52,614 nt of DNA, filler included, from Asterionella formosa (GCA_002256025.1; 4 parts of 4 records of this genome joined end to end with filler, not necessarily neighbours in it); one strand, 5' to 3'. Positions 13,195 to 25,637 are shown, counted from the whole stretch's first letter. Notes: a model not told the origin generated them from the letters alone. Numbers and translations are program-made.

Positions 13195-13368
13195 AAAACT
13201 TCACATGAAACAGTTAAAACTTCACATGAAACCGTTAAAACTTCACATGAAACCGTTAAAAGTAACCTTTTTACGTGAAGAGTGGCATTAATGCATGTGA
13301 AGTACCACATAATTAACACTCATACGTAGACGAAATTTCGAAAAGTGGCGTATTTCGCGTCTTAGATG
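13195..13368. mobile_element. Opposite-orientation end of the same long-TIR family
   Basis: (AAAACTTCACATGAAACMGTT)x3 followed by sequence ending CGCGTCTTAGATG. It is the reverse complement of 12864-13017. Confidence 0.75.
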
Positions 13369-14858
13369 GGATATGAGGTCATTCAGACACTTTCACCTGG
13401 CCATTCTGGAGCTAGAAATGATAAACACATAGGCTCAGCTGGGACAGTCAGCATCAATGGATATTGTTCTGACATAGAAGAAGACATGGAGGACATGTCA
13501 TCCAACTGTGCTGCAACAACAACAAAAGCCGAAGTGCAAGCAAGTCATAAATTGTGAGTTTGTTTTGCATTTGCGCTACCTGTTGTGTCTAAAGCAACTG
13601 TTGAGCCTCTTGCACAGCATGAATTGCTCAGCCGGCACGATATTCCCTTTGAACAGCCATCCTGTTCCAAATTCAAATCAGTTGTGTTGTCCATACAATC
13701 GACGCGACAACGCGATTTGAACAGGCGATGCTGTCATTGTCAATGAAGATGAGTATTTTCCTTGACAAGGAGACTCTTGGTGAAAAGAATATATATATAT
13801 GATGTAAATTTGTCTTCGAAAAGGTAGGAAATATTTTTTGGGTTTCCATTCTAGCGATACTAGTAATGTATTTGTATTTGAAATACAACACAACTATTTG
13901 GCGTTAACGTGGAAAACACAGTACGCAAGATTGACTGGCGCGACTCACAAGATGACACCACAACTAACCATCCCAAAGCTGTGCATCTTTTTCAATTATC
14001 ATTTATAGTCTAAGCCACCGCTGTGGCGACTTTTGAGCTGTAAGCCACCTCTAAACGGATTAAACGCACGGTTTGAACTTAGTTTGGAAAATAAGCTATA
14101 TATTGTAACAAACTAGTAGTTCAAATTTATATAGGGAGTAAATACTTACGTACTTGTAATTGCTGCACTGTGAACATTGTTCATGAAGTTTTATCGCCCA
14201 AAGGTTGCTGACGACGCGAAATTGCGAAAATTGGATATTTTCACGTTTTCTCTATTGAGCAAGCATCAGCTTTTATATATGTATACATAGATGAGAATAT
14301 TCCTCGGCTAGAAAACTACTTTAGTATCCTCCCCAAAAATTTATTTTACATGTATTTGACATCATTGCTTGGTGCGCTTTGTTCGCTCGTGCGCCATAAT
14401 AAAGAGATACATTCACTTAGGAATTCCTGGTGCGTCCAAATGATTTGTACAAAGTTTAAATGCAAACACAACAAACACAGCAATCACCCATCACAATACC
14501 AATCATTATGATCTTGAAAGACCTCAACAAGACAAAGCCTTGCCTTGAAAGAAGTTGTCTCCTGAAGAGCTTGACTTCATTCAGATTTGCCTTAAAAATG
14601 TGATAAGGGAGCTAGAATGGAGCTAAGAGGGCTAACTTATTTCTGGGACAGCATTAGCTAAGCAAAGCATTTTCCTTTGGATATCTTTTAACTAAGTGAA
14701 GAATGAAATTAAAACAAATTGCTGAACTAGAAGTTATGTCTACTACTATGTCTACACTTCTCGTTTCCTAATTCAACCATCAACTGCAACCATGTCTACT
14801 TTGACACCTGAGCTTGCTTTATGGCCCTGCTAAACCTACTAAACCTCGCCTTTGCTTG

Positions 14859-15165
14859 AACGCTAATGGCAGATTTGCCTTGTTATTTCCCAGAAACCTA
14901 ATTCATAATTCATATGAAGTTGTCGAGGAGAAAGAGGATGACAACAATGAAGGTGTGAGTGAGCATTATGGAATCAGCCAACCGGGAGGCCCAAGATAAA
15001 AAGAGAAAGGCCAACCTCCTTTCTGTAACGCTGATGGCAGCTTGCCTCGTTATTTACCAGCAAACTCATTCATAATTCATATGAAGTTGTCGAGGAGGAT
15101 GACAATAATAACGGTGTGAGTGAGCATTATGGAATCAACCTGGAGGCCCAAGCTAAAAATAGAAA
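14859..15165. repeat. ~168-bp tandem duplication
   Basis: AACGCTRATGGCAG...TTCATAATTCATATGAAGTTGTCGAGGAG...GGTGTGAGTGAGCATTATGGAATCA occurs at ~14859 and ~15027. Confidence 0.85.
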
Positions 15166-15687
15166 GGAGACAGCGGATGCCAACATTTAGAGACAAAAGA
15201 AGACTATCATGACAGCAGGACTACTGGCCTCTGCACAAACCTCTGCCCTTGGGCAAAATATTCTTGCTGCTTCTACACTGGCGGAACAGAAGTGAATTTC
15301 GGAAATTTTCATTAGTACTAAAAAAAGAAAAAGGCAACAAGAGTTCAATACACTTCGCGGAAAAGTGCTGACATTGAAGGAACAGAACAAAAAAAAAGAA
15401 GAAATGTCTGTGACAGAGTTGAAATTTATTGTTCTTTGGTACAAAATAATCAGGTGATTTAACAGTCCCACAAACAAGGCCAGCTCTAATTACAAAATTT
15501 GATGACACCAATCACCATGGTTACCAGCAGCCGCCATTCCCTCTCCATACACCTTCTCCTGCTTTGGTTGTTGTTTCTGCACCTTCTCCTGTTGCTTTTC
15601 TTTCTCCCCTCATGACTGCTACTGAAAATGCACCATTCCGCGATGAAGTTTAAAAATCCGCTAGTAATTGGATGAGACCCTTCTGAT

Positions 15688-15910
15688 ATAAAAAAATTAA
15701 ATAAGTAAATTTTAAATTACGCTAGTATTGTTAAAGAACTAAACAATCGTAGAGGTTGTGAAGTCGCACTTGACCCCCAGAGGGCCTTAGACCTGCTTGT
15801 TTTCTGCCTCACTACCCGGATCCCAAGGGAATACATAAAGAAAGCAGATGGAGAATGCGGGATCGAACCTGCCACCTCTGAAGGTGAGCTAACCAACTAA
15901 GCTATTCCCC
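15688..15910 (-). mobile_element. tRNA-Ala-derived SINE (~223 bp) with 15-bp TSD
   Basis: tRNA-like head at 15910-15849, then a body and an AT-rich tail ending in T7. Flanked by TGAGACCCTTCTGAT (15673-15687) and TGAGACCCTTGTGAT (15911-15925). An empty site is present in the paralog at 29971-29985. Confidence 0.85.
15849..15910 (-). pseudogene. tRNA-Ala-like SINE head (anticodon arm deleted)
   Basis: GGGGAATAGCTTAGTTGGTTAGC...GAGGTGGCAGGTTCGATCCCGCATTCTCCA. It has an acceptor stem GGGGAAT/ATTCTCC with G3:U70, an A-box TAGCTTAGTTGG and a B-box GGTTCGATCC, but is only 62 nt. Confidence 0.8.
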
Positions 15911-16422
15911 TGAGACCCTTGTGATTTATATAATACATCAGAAGAATTCTCTGACAATAATGCTGCAAAAAAAGTGTAAAACGTAATGTGATACTAAGAT
16001 TAGAATTTTTTTAGAATGAACGGAGTAAAACACGGTTTTGGGGGAAAATATAGTACATATAGACAAAGAAAAATATGCACTGTCAGCCACCGCTATGCCA
16101 CAATCTTATTTACTTGGAAAAATTATATCTTCATCAGACTCATGGCTTGATACACCGAATCATAACTGATTACTTAGCTAATAGTATAGCAGAGAGCATT
16201 GTCTAACATGCACATGGTATTTCGATTGGTACTAAATTAATTAAATAATTTCATTCGGAAGATGGAGTAAAATAATGGTAGCATACAGTTTTTAAGTGGT
16301 AACATACATTTTCGAGGAAACTACTGTCCGCATCTGCTAGTGTTTATTTATGAAGGGAAATTTGGAACACATGGGGAAAAGTCGAAGATCATTTCAATTC
16401 AAAGGACCATGTCTGGTTCATT

Positions 16423-17430
16423 TCACGATAGGCCAAAGTATCTCAGAAGTACCAAGTCCATCTCCTCATCATCTGGTGCCTCTGAACAATCTTCCAGCTG
16501 TAAATGTTCTCCTCTAACTAACATTTTGGTTGATGGCAAGTTGTCTGATAAAACCACATCACCATGCATATCATCTAGCCATGCTCCCAACTGCAAGTGG
16601 CCAGATCTAAGCGCCATTCTGGGAGATAGTGAGTCTTCTGATAACCTCCCATGGTCATGATGATGATTTTCATCATCATCATCATCATCATTGAGGATAT
16701 CAAGAGCACACTGGAGAAAGGTAGTATATTCCAATCGATGGTCATTTTCTTCCTTTGTTGTATCATGCTGCTGGCAGGGGTGGATGTATTCCCGCTCTTC
16801 CAGCATTTCCATGGTATGGTGGTTCTCATAACCATAGAAAGACGACTGGCTGTCAGTGGATGCAACACCCCGAGGTGAGGATTGGTCGATATTGGGTACA
16901 TCATCACGATCTGATGCTCCGTTCTTAGAAAAGCAGAAATGACGAGCAAGAAATACTTTCCCATGTGAAGAACTTGGAGTTCGACCTCGATCGTGTTGGG
17001 GTGTGCTACCGTGGTCGGCTAAATGCTCTGGTGACTTGTTCTTAACTTGACCACTAGTCTTGTGTGATGCTAACAACGACTGCGCAGTGGAGCGATTCCT
17101 GTCACGCCGAGGAAGTGAAGTGTTGATGGAGCGGTTCTTAGCCGCATCTCTCAAGGCGTGAGAAACCTTTTGGTGAGCGATGGGTTCATTGGAGACATCA
17201 ACCCATTGCTGGTTAGAATCTCGGAGGAGGAACCGACAATTTTGAGCGCGGATGCGATCAATCAAAGACTTAATCGCTGTAATCCGGTCCTTTCTGGCAA
17301 TACCAGCTTCGAGGTACTCATGTAAATTCTCAAGGATAAAAGCGCGAAAAGCTTTGTTGCCAGGATGATTGAAACAACTCTTTGAGCGACCAAGGAGAAT
17401 GTCGGTATTAGTTGGTTCATTCAAAGTCAT
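16423..17430 (-). CDS. DUF6824-domain protein (diatom-expanded putative DNA-binding regulator), 335 aa
   Basis: N-terminal PTNTDILLGRSKSCFNHPGNKAFR...I...IR...RFL....W..VS.....QKVSHALRD is the family signature. The ORF is intact and has a low-complexity C-terminus. Confidence 0.88.
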   Translation of the reverse strand: MTLNEPTNTDILLGRSKSCFNHPGNKAFRAFILENLHEYLEAGIARKDRITAIKSLIDRIRAQNCRFLLRDSNQQWVDVSNEPIAHQKVSHALRDAAKNRSINTSLPRRDRNRSTAQSLLASHKTSGQVKNKSPEHLADHGSTPQHDRGRTPSSSHGKVFLARHFCFSKNGASDRDDVPNIDQSSPRGVASTDSQSSFYGYENHHTMEMLEEREYIHPCQQHDTTKEENDHRLEYTTFLQCALDILNDDDDDDENHHHDHGRLSEDSLSPRMALRSGHLQLGAWLDDMHGDVVLSDNLPSTKMLVRGEHLQLEDCSEAPDDEEMDLVLLRYFGLS

Positions 17431-17475
17431 GATGAAGGCACAATGAGTAGCAGAGTGATATTGAAATGGTGAAAG

Positions 17476-17588
17476 AATAAGGTGTTAAGCTCACGAATTT
17501 GTTATCACATTTGCGATTGCTGTCGCATCTATTCAATAAGGTGTAAAGCTCACGAATTTGTGATCACATTAGCTATTTCTGTCGCATA
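17476..17588. repeat. ~59-bp tandem duplication immediately upstream of the DUF6824 gene
   Basis: AATAAGGTGTWAAGCTCACGAATTTGTKATCACATT...CTGTCGCAT occurs at 17476 and 17535. Confidence 0.85.
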
Positions 17589-19592
17589 TTTAATGTAAAC
17601 AAAATTCAAAACAAGAGCACACATACAACATTCGTCAACTTCTAGTTTGTCTCTTTTTGGTTTCAAGAGCGATGTGTGTTTTAGGTTCGCGCTTCTCTTT
17701 TAGCAGACTTTTTCTTATGGAAAGGTATATCTAAACCGGTAGTCAGTATCTAACTCATTTGGCTTCTTGTTGCCTAAAACGAATTGAGATTTATGTCGTG
17801 CTTGTATTCTGTACACATAATGACTTCAAATACCGGCATAAATAATTTTTTCGGTTTGTCCAAACCGACAGCCAAGGTTACCATTCGTCATGGTCTTAAA
17901 TTTACGGTATCAGGTACCGCGGTATCTGGTAGCTAGCTACCTGATGGTTGTACTTCGATTTTCATGCAGATGGAGAGTCTTAAATACTGTTGAACAACAA
18001 GGATTTCGGCGCTATGGGAAATGAAAGAATATGGAAAATATTTGGCAATTAAATAAATTTAATTTTAAATTACCGTATTATTAGGAAGTACTACAAGTAT
18101 GCACCATTTCTTTCGACTCCTGCCGGAGTGGACTACATACCCATACATAGGTGCGTGTGCCATAATGAATTCATATATGTACTGGTAAGAGTTGTGATAC
18201 AGCCATAGTCAAATTATTAAATGCAAAAAGAATACATACATAAATTCAATTCTACGATATACTCCAGCAAGTTGCAGTAATTTTGCTGAACTAAAGATTT
18301 AGCTATCTTTATCCAAGATTAATTTGTAGATTTCAGCAAAATGACCGCAACTTGCTGGTTTGCCTCATGCCATTTCGGTTTGCTTACGTATCAATTCCAC
18401 ATGCATATACATACCGGTAATACATAATAATGCTGGGAGTTACCAGAAGGTCCGAATATTGCGAATATTTTCCCGAACATGCAGACCGAGTCCAACATAT
18501 ACCGGTAATCAAACGATGTAACCTTACCAGGTACCAGGTACATAAAATAAACACAGTATCCATACATGTTAGAGGTATACCCAAAGTTGATTCTTTTTTA
18601 TGTATTGTGTACATGATTTGTGTCGGTAGACTACCCGGTAGTAAATGTATACACACGTAGTTTGCACGGTTTCAACATAAAGATGGCTGAGGATACAGGT
18701 ACCTGGTACCGGTGTACACCAAAGATGTGGGTGACTACCCGGTAGCCGGTAGTACTCCGGGGTGACACTGTTGCTGTCTACCATCGCATATCATATACTA
18801 GATCACTATCACTATCTCAAAACCAAACCACGCACGAAGACATGGTATGCATAAGACATATATAAATATATATATGATGGCTACCCGGTACATAAATTAT
18901 GCGAATGAAGGCATGATACCTTTGATTTAGTAATGAATGAATTGATACAGCACACGATCTTTATAGAGTTGTACTCCTGTAATATATACTACACACCAGC
19001 TTGTAGTGCTACGTACGTCGTCATCCCGGCTAAATGGTGATTCCACTTGCAAGTTGATACATGTGTATCTCTTTGACAGCAATTTGATAAATCAACCGGC
19101 CGGCTTGTTGTTCCGAATTATACTTAGATTAATCTTATTTTAAGCCTAAAGTATTGAGACCAATCTGTTTTGCTTATTCTGCCATTTCCTTCCATTGTTT
19201 TCGCTTAAAGTAGGACCGTTTTGCTTAAAGTAGGTTTGCTTAAGGGTCGTTCTTATCATTCCGAATTTGCTCTATCATTTCCGGGTTGAGGGCAAAAAGT
19301 GACGGTTGGTATCAAAACACGGTATCAGCAACGGTAACTTGATGGTATCAATTTTGTATCATTGATACAAAATTGATACCTTTTTTTGCCCCCTCCAAAA
19401 ACAGTATCAGTGATACTGACGTTTTCACAATTTTGCTTAATGTATGATGTCACCATTTCAACCCTTCACTGCCATCACACCCACCTACTACCGGTACCTG
19501 TCATAATATAATCATATTATACTGGCAAGCACAAGACAGGTAACAGTGATATGACAGTCAAACAAACAAACCCATAATGCATCAGTAAATCC

Positions 19593-20679
19593 ATGAACAA
19601 TTTGAATGAAACAAAATCGCCTGTCCTTTCCTTCCAACACACCATACTCCCTCTCTCTGCTTCCGATTTTCTTGATCTGGGCCTTCTTCATGCAGGATTT
19701 GATGAGAATAGGAATGAAAGAACTTGCGATGCAACAAAACTTTCGGATCCTACAACATGGTGGAGAAGACCATACACAAGCAAACCTACCTGGCGTGCTC
19801 ATAAAGTTGCTGCAACAAAGATTAGAAGCAAAGATGATCGTTTTGAAAAGCACACTGATTTCTTTTTCCCTGATGGAATCAAGTGCTCCTTCAAGCATTT
19901 CAATGTCGCAGCGAAGTTGAAAGCGAGGTACCGGATATTGGAGGTGCCTATCTCTAATGATACCGGCTCAAAACTTCCATTGAAACAACTTGTGTCCTTT
20001 CACATGTGGAAGTTGATTATCATTGGAGAGGTCAAGCAGCTTGAAAAGCTCGAGATTTCTTCTGATGAAAACCTTACAGAAGCCCACAACCGTATGTCTA
20101 GAATGGTGTTACGAAAGAAGTGATACTTTATAAGAAATGATGATACTAACTTTCTTTCATTTATAACTATTAGGAATGGCATTCATTTATCCATTGATAG
20201 TGGAAATTTTAGCTGGCTACAATAATTGGTTGGACACCAGCTCTACTGATGAAACTCTCAGGTCATTATCGTCTGTCAACAACCATGGCGATGAGGATGG
20301 GATGCCAAATGATTCGGGTTAACAACATCTGGAATCTTCTATGCTCAATTCTGATAAACAAAAAGAAAATGACAAGCATGGGCAGGGTGGAAAGAGTCAA
20401 CATGAGTTCATCGAGAATGGTGCAAGTATTTCAACTTACAGTTTCAACCCTGCTGCATTGGAACACTATGTACCCATCCAAAACATGAAGAACAAGAGAA
20501 AACGAAATGAGAAAAAAAATGATGGTCACAGCGTGATGGAGCAGAATGTGTTGGCAATATACAACGATATGGCTGTCGAAGAACAGGCTTCCATCAAACG
20601 TGTTTGCGGCAGTAACATCAGTGAAAGCGGTAAACGTACCAATGCCAACAACAAGAATGTTACGACTACCACAACTTAG
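19593..20679 (+). pseudogene. Probable transposon-derived mosaic ORFs; the start resembles a diatom Harbinger-type (DDE_Tnp_4) transposase N-terminus
   Basis: LSASDFLDLGLLHAGFDENRNERTC resembles the L..GL...GF...R..R start of such transposases. The remainder is unrecognised. Confidence 0.3.
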
Positions 20680-21375
20680 AAGTTGCGATGATGTCGGGAC
20701 ACCAGAATAGAATGCACACATCGCAAGCATAAAAATTTGGATGGCAAAGCAGCATCGGCAACCATCGTGAATTGGAATGATGGGCAGCAATTATGGGAAA
20801 GTAATTGAGTAATTAGATACGATAAAAACTAAAGATAAAATCTTCCAACAGTCTACTCACCTTAAGTTAGCAGATATATTGAATTATGAATCATTGTTGA
20901 CAGATAGCTCTGCGGTGATGAGAAAATACAGTAGGGGGCGGAAAAATGGCGACTATTTTATGCTTTGACCAAGACCGCAACCGCGTCTACAAGTAGAAAA
21001 CATCTAATTCGTGTGATGCATCTTACAATGGCGATCATATGATCATATAAATTCGATTTATCATCTAATATGAATAATATTTATCGTCATAGAGAATATT
21101 GTATGTATATATATATAGATACATGTATTTTTGCATGTATACCATCACTTGCTGCAAACATCAACAACCGGTCAATCTGAATTTGAATCATTAGTGTTGC
21201 ATGAATAGGACAGTCATACATGGGTATATGTACATATCTGTTCTAGCAATCTATAGTTTAGAAGACATGATAGATATCCATATATGGATATGCATGTTCG
21301 AGTCTACTGTTGTGTGAGTACGGGTACCAGGTACTACTGTCTATAGTGTCATCTATTGTACTGTTCTTTTACCAA

Positions 21376-21932
21376 TATGTTGCACAGATATTTTTGTATG
21401 TAAACGCATGTACACGATTGATTTAAATTTAAATCATGCCCATCATAGGGATACCTCTATATGAACCGGTACCACACATATTTTTGCATGTAAACGTATG
21501 TACCAGTATACGATTGATTTGAATTTAAATCATGTCTATCATAGTGATACCTATATACCGGTACTATGTTGCACAGATATTTGTATGTAAACGTACTACG
21601 TGTACGATTGATTTGAATTTGAATCATGCCCATGATAGGGATAGGAATAGGTAGTGACTTTGGTATATCTAAAGGTGATTTAGGGTACGCAATATCACGT
21701 AGTCGTACAACAACGTGGCATTGGTATCTGCTGGTGATGAAGGGGACGCAATAAGACTTTCTCGTACAAACAAGGTGACATTGGTATCTATTGTCACCTC
21801 GTACTCAGGCTACAACATGTTCTTGTACAGACAAGGTGACGACATTGGTATCTATTGGTGACGGAGGGGACGCAATAACACGTTGTTCTCGTACAAACAA
21901 GATGACATTGAAATCTATTGTCACCTCGTACT
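21376..21932. repeat. Two adjacent degenerate minisatellites
   Basis: Three copies of TGTAAACG...ACGATTGATTTRAATTTRAATCATG (21376-21642), then about 5 copies of a ~60-bp AAGGTGACATTGGTATCTA unit (21650-21932). Confidence 0.75.
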
Positions 21933-21935
21933 GAG

Positions 21936-22471
21936 GTTAAAAGTAAGCAAGATCAAACAAGCTAAAAATTGTTATCTGTGATCTTATTTAATGGCAATCA
22001 TATCTAGCCAGAAAGTATGATCTGTAATTTTTTAGTGGTAAGATATAATCATGTTAAAAGTAAGATTAAAAAAACTAAAAATTGTTATCTGTGATCTTAT
22101 TTATTGGCAATCATATCTAGCCAGAAAGTATGATCTGTAATTTTTTAGTAGTAAGATATATTCATGTTAAAAGTAAGATCAAAAAAGCTAAAGATTGTTA
22201 CCTGTGATCTTATTTATTGGCAATCGTTTCTAACCAAAGCATGATCTGTAATTTTTTAGTAGTAAGATATATTCATGTTAAAAGTAAGATAAAAAAGCTA
22301 AAAATTGTTATCTGTGATCTTATTTATTGCCAATCGTATCTACCAAAGTATGATCTGTAATTTTTTAGTAGTAAGATATACTCATGTTAAAAGTAAGATA
22401 AAAAAGCTAAAGATTGTTATCTAGGATCTTATTTATTGGAAATCATTTCTAACCAGGAGGTATGATCTGTA
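21936..22471. repeat. ~110-117-bp tandem satellite, about 4.8 copies
   Basis: GTTAAAAGTAAG... units start at 21936, 22053, 22166, 22277 and 22386. Confidence 0.95.
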
Positions 22472-23463
22472 GCTAATTCATAAAGATTGATTCGAGCGAT
22501 CCACCCACTGGTAAATATTTTATGATTTGTACCATATGAAAAATTTCGTATGACTCCCGCTTATTGAGGGGCTTAATTTAATTACTTACTTGCAGGTACA
22601 AGAATTGATGCGGAAAAATTCAAAAACAGTACATCAGGTCGTGGAAAACAATGATATCCTCATGCATTGTATATATTTGAATTATGTGTAACCTTAATTG
22701 ATGATAGTATACACATTATGTGCATATATTTATATGTTTTCAAAATGTTATAAATATAAACATAGCCTATATATACATTTGAAATCATGTTTAGAGGTTC
22801 CTTGTCATGCATACATCTCTGCACTGTGACAAGGAAAACTGAAAGAACGAAGCTTCAACGCACCCAATGATGATAAACCTTGCGGCTTAGAAGCAAGAAT
22901 TGAAAATGGAAGATTGAACTGATTCTAGCTATGGTATGTCAAGAGTACATGCCAAGGTGATCAATTGTTGGGTTCACAAAGACTAGCAAAATGATTGCCT
23001 CCTTCCCTAGCAATTCAAAAGCACATTTCGCATTCAGCGGGATTCCACCAATGTCTGCCAAAAACTTGTAAATGATCTTGTTGGATCAATGAGCCACAGT
23101 TACTAGAACATCACTGACACATGTTTGTTTTTCAATCTTTCAGGATAATTTTAATCAAAATTTTTTGTTGTAAGTTATAAATTCCACTGGTCGAACGGTT
23201 TATTGATTTGTACTTATGTGATCATGATTGACTGACACATTATTTTACTGAATTATGCGAAAAGTTCATCGATATCTGGTAAGTGGAGCATGCTAAGCAA
23301 ACGGGACTGCAGTGTTGAGACGTAAACAAAACATGGCTAACGAGCTAGTAATTCCTTCTAGTTGTTGTTATAATTAGGAAATCAAAATAGATAAAATAGA
23401 ATCGGATCAAAAGGAAATGGGATTTGCAGCAAGTACTAGTCAGATGAGTTTCAGAATCTGAGT

Positions 23464-23602
23464 GGAAGGGAGGCGGGAGGTAGTATGCATCAAGATATTT
23501 GAAGGCAGGAGGCAATGCATTCTCAAGAGCATTGAAGGGAAGCGGGAGGCATGTATCAAGAGCATTGAAGGGAGGCGGGAGGCATGCATCAAGAGCATTG
23601 AG
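23464..23602. repeat. 33-bp tandem repeat, about 4 copies
   Basis: AAGAGCATTGAAGGGAGGCGGGAGGCATGCATC units, which translate as KSIEGRREACI repeats. Confidence 0.9.
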
Positions 23603-25420
23603 ACAATAGAAAAAGGGGAACATTGGCTGATTAAGCAACTGCACAAAATGTAGAAACATAAAAATGATTTCGTTATATAACTGTAAAATTACAATCCATT
23701 TCAAGCTATTTTTAACAGATATTTCGATTAGAGTTACCATCATATAAGGCAGGATAGGTATATGATAAAAGAATATACATCATAGGATAATGTTTTGATA
23801 ATTACATGGTGGTTTGATTATTATGAGTAAGCTTAGCCTGCTCACTTTCATAGTATGCATTTATCATACATATAACGAAATATGTATCATGCACAGAAAA
23901 ATTCTGTGCCAGTTATTTTATGATACCCCTGATCTTATATGTTCAATATTTTTTATTTGCAGACGCGTAGATCTTCAATAAAGCTATGACGGCCTATGAC
24001 TGCGGTTGATTGGCAAGAAGGCAGGCAAGAGTCTTGGTAATTGTAAGTCTTAGTTTGGGCATGGTGGTATTTCCATTTATTGGATCATCAACCACTGTTT
24101 GGATCAAGGAGAAGAATGCGAAAGGACTGATTTCTCTTGTTTGGATTCCCCCAGTCAACACCAAAAACACTGAAGTACGACAAGCAATGCTCCATAGAAT
24201 AAGCCTTAAAAACCGACCGCTTCACTAGATTTTTCTCGCCGACGTTCATGTGTCGTCCTATTTGTTCTCAATGGAAGCCTTGCAGATCAACGAAGTTGTC
24301 TTGGTCGCAGGTATTCCTTGCTCTGAGATTGGTGAAGGTCCCAAGTATGAATTACAAGACATCATGTTGGCACGAGTCTCATCCTTGCTTCATGCTGCTT
24401 CAACAGATGCTGAAATTTGATACAGGCAATTGCTGGCAAAGGAATTGAAGCCATAAGCCTATGTTTCGAATTGCAATACTGTTAACATAGCCGGTAAATT
24501 ACTTTCTTTCTCTATGAGTGAAGCAGGCAGCTATACCGGTATGTACATATGAAATAAGGTTCACCAGTATACCAGTACCGGGTAGGTATGTTTGTCTACC
24601 GGTATATAGTTTTAGCAGCCAGAATATGAATTAATAACTTCTACCGGTAGTTTAAGCAAAATATTGCTTCAAGTACTGGTAGTTTTGCTTAAAGTAGAGC
24701 CCATTTGCTTAAACTAAAGTAGTCCTTCAGTACTTTAACCCGAAATGACGATTCGTCAAATCTGTTTTTTCTGAATTAACTGAAAATATCAAATTTAGCA
24801 TAGTCTTGGTTTATTTTCGGCCGGCGGTGCCAGCCGATATAAGTTTCGAACTTTGATTTCTCAATGGCTGCCAAGTTGGGACGCATTTGTCAGGTTGGGG
24901 AATGACACGAAAAAGAAAAATTCCCGCAACTTGCTGGTACAATGATGCTGTAAAGTATTTTTGACTCCTGGTATGTTCCGGATATGCTGGTACCAGGTAC
25001 TGGTACCTGGTACCAGGGTTTAGGGGAGCAGGCATTTGTACATTGGTACCTATACCAGCATACAGGTACTAGTTGATCGAGTCGGGAATTGGAAACGGCC
25101 GCTGGCTGGTGGTGTAGAATATCAATTACCTCCTACCTGGTACCAGGTACTGCCCTACTGACATTGTACGTCTACAAAGCGCACCCCGATAGTTGAAGTG
25201 GAAACAAGTATACACTTGAGGGTGTACTTTTGTACGGCTAAGATACCTGCGGAGTATCGTTGAACCTGGTACGTGAGAGGAATTGAGTAGAGTCTATGTA
25301 AATGTATACAAAAAGTGTAGACTAACCACCAGATAACTGCCGTTTAGTGTATACCGGGACTTTTCCCAAAACGGGATGAAACTGGAAAAACTATTCGTAA
25401 ATTCAACTGCCCATTGGCAT

Positions 25421-25492
25421 TTGCACCACCGTTGCACCACAATTGCACCACCAATTGCACCACTTTACTTAGAGTAACCTGAATTGCACCAG
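25421..25492. repeat. TTGCACCA(C) direct repeats (5 copies) upstream of the recombinase-like ORF
   Basis: Copies at 25421, 25432, 25443, 25455 and 25484. Confidence 0.8.
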
Positions 25493-25637
25493 ACTATATC
25501 AAATCCGTGCAACTATATAAATATACATAACTGTATAGGAATACATGTGATCCTAAAAATTACAGCCCGCCAACATTTGATGAATAATTTGTCCACTTAA
25601 CTTGCCAATTTCGCATCCATATACTTGAATTGTCAGA

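Larger units (their letters stand above)
15187..16012 (+). mobile_element. Degenerate copy of the Tc1/pogo-like element 3' region, interrupted by a SINE
   Basis: Colinear with the reverse complement of ~29885-30460 (CCTCTGCACAAAC..CCCTTGGGC.AAATATTCTT; CTCTAATTACAA.ATTTGATGACACCAATCACC) on both sides of 15688-15910. Confidence 0.75.

Noticed and set aside
12864..13368. A single intact foldback element spanning the gap
   Set aside because: There is no TSD on the outer flanks, and the contigs appear size-sorted rather than adjacent.
15849..15910. Functional tRNA-Ala gene
   Set aside because: Only 62 nt, with no anticodon stem-loop and an imperfect T-arm, and it sits inside a TSD-flanked insertion.
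21936..22471. CRISPR array (also considered for 8393-8485 and 12160-12270)
   Set aside because: The 21936-22471 units are repeated in full with no unique spacers, and the other two arrays have very short or abutting repeats. There are no cas genes and the context is eukaryotic.
19093..24830. Large element bounded by CCGGCCG ends and TTGCTTAAAGTAG repeats
   Set aside because: The motifs are in the same orientation at both sites and the ends do not form a convincing TIR or TSD.
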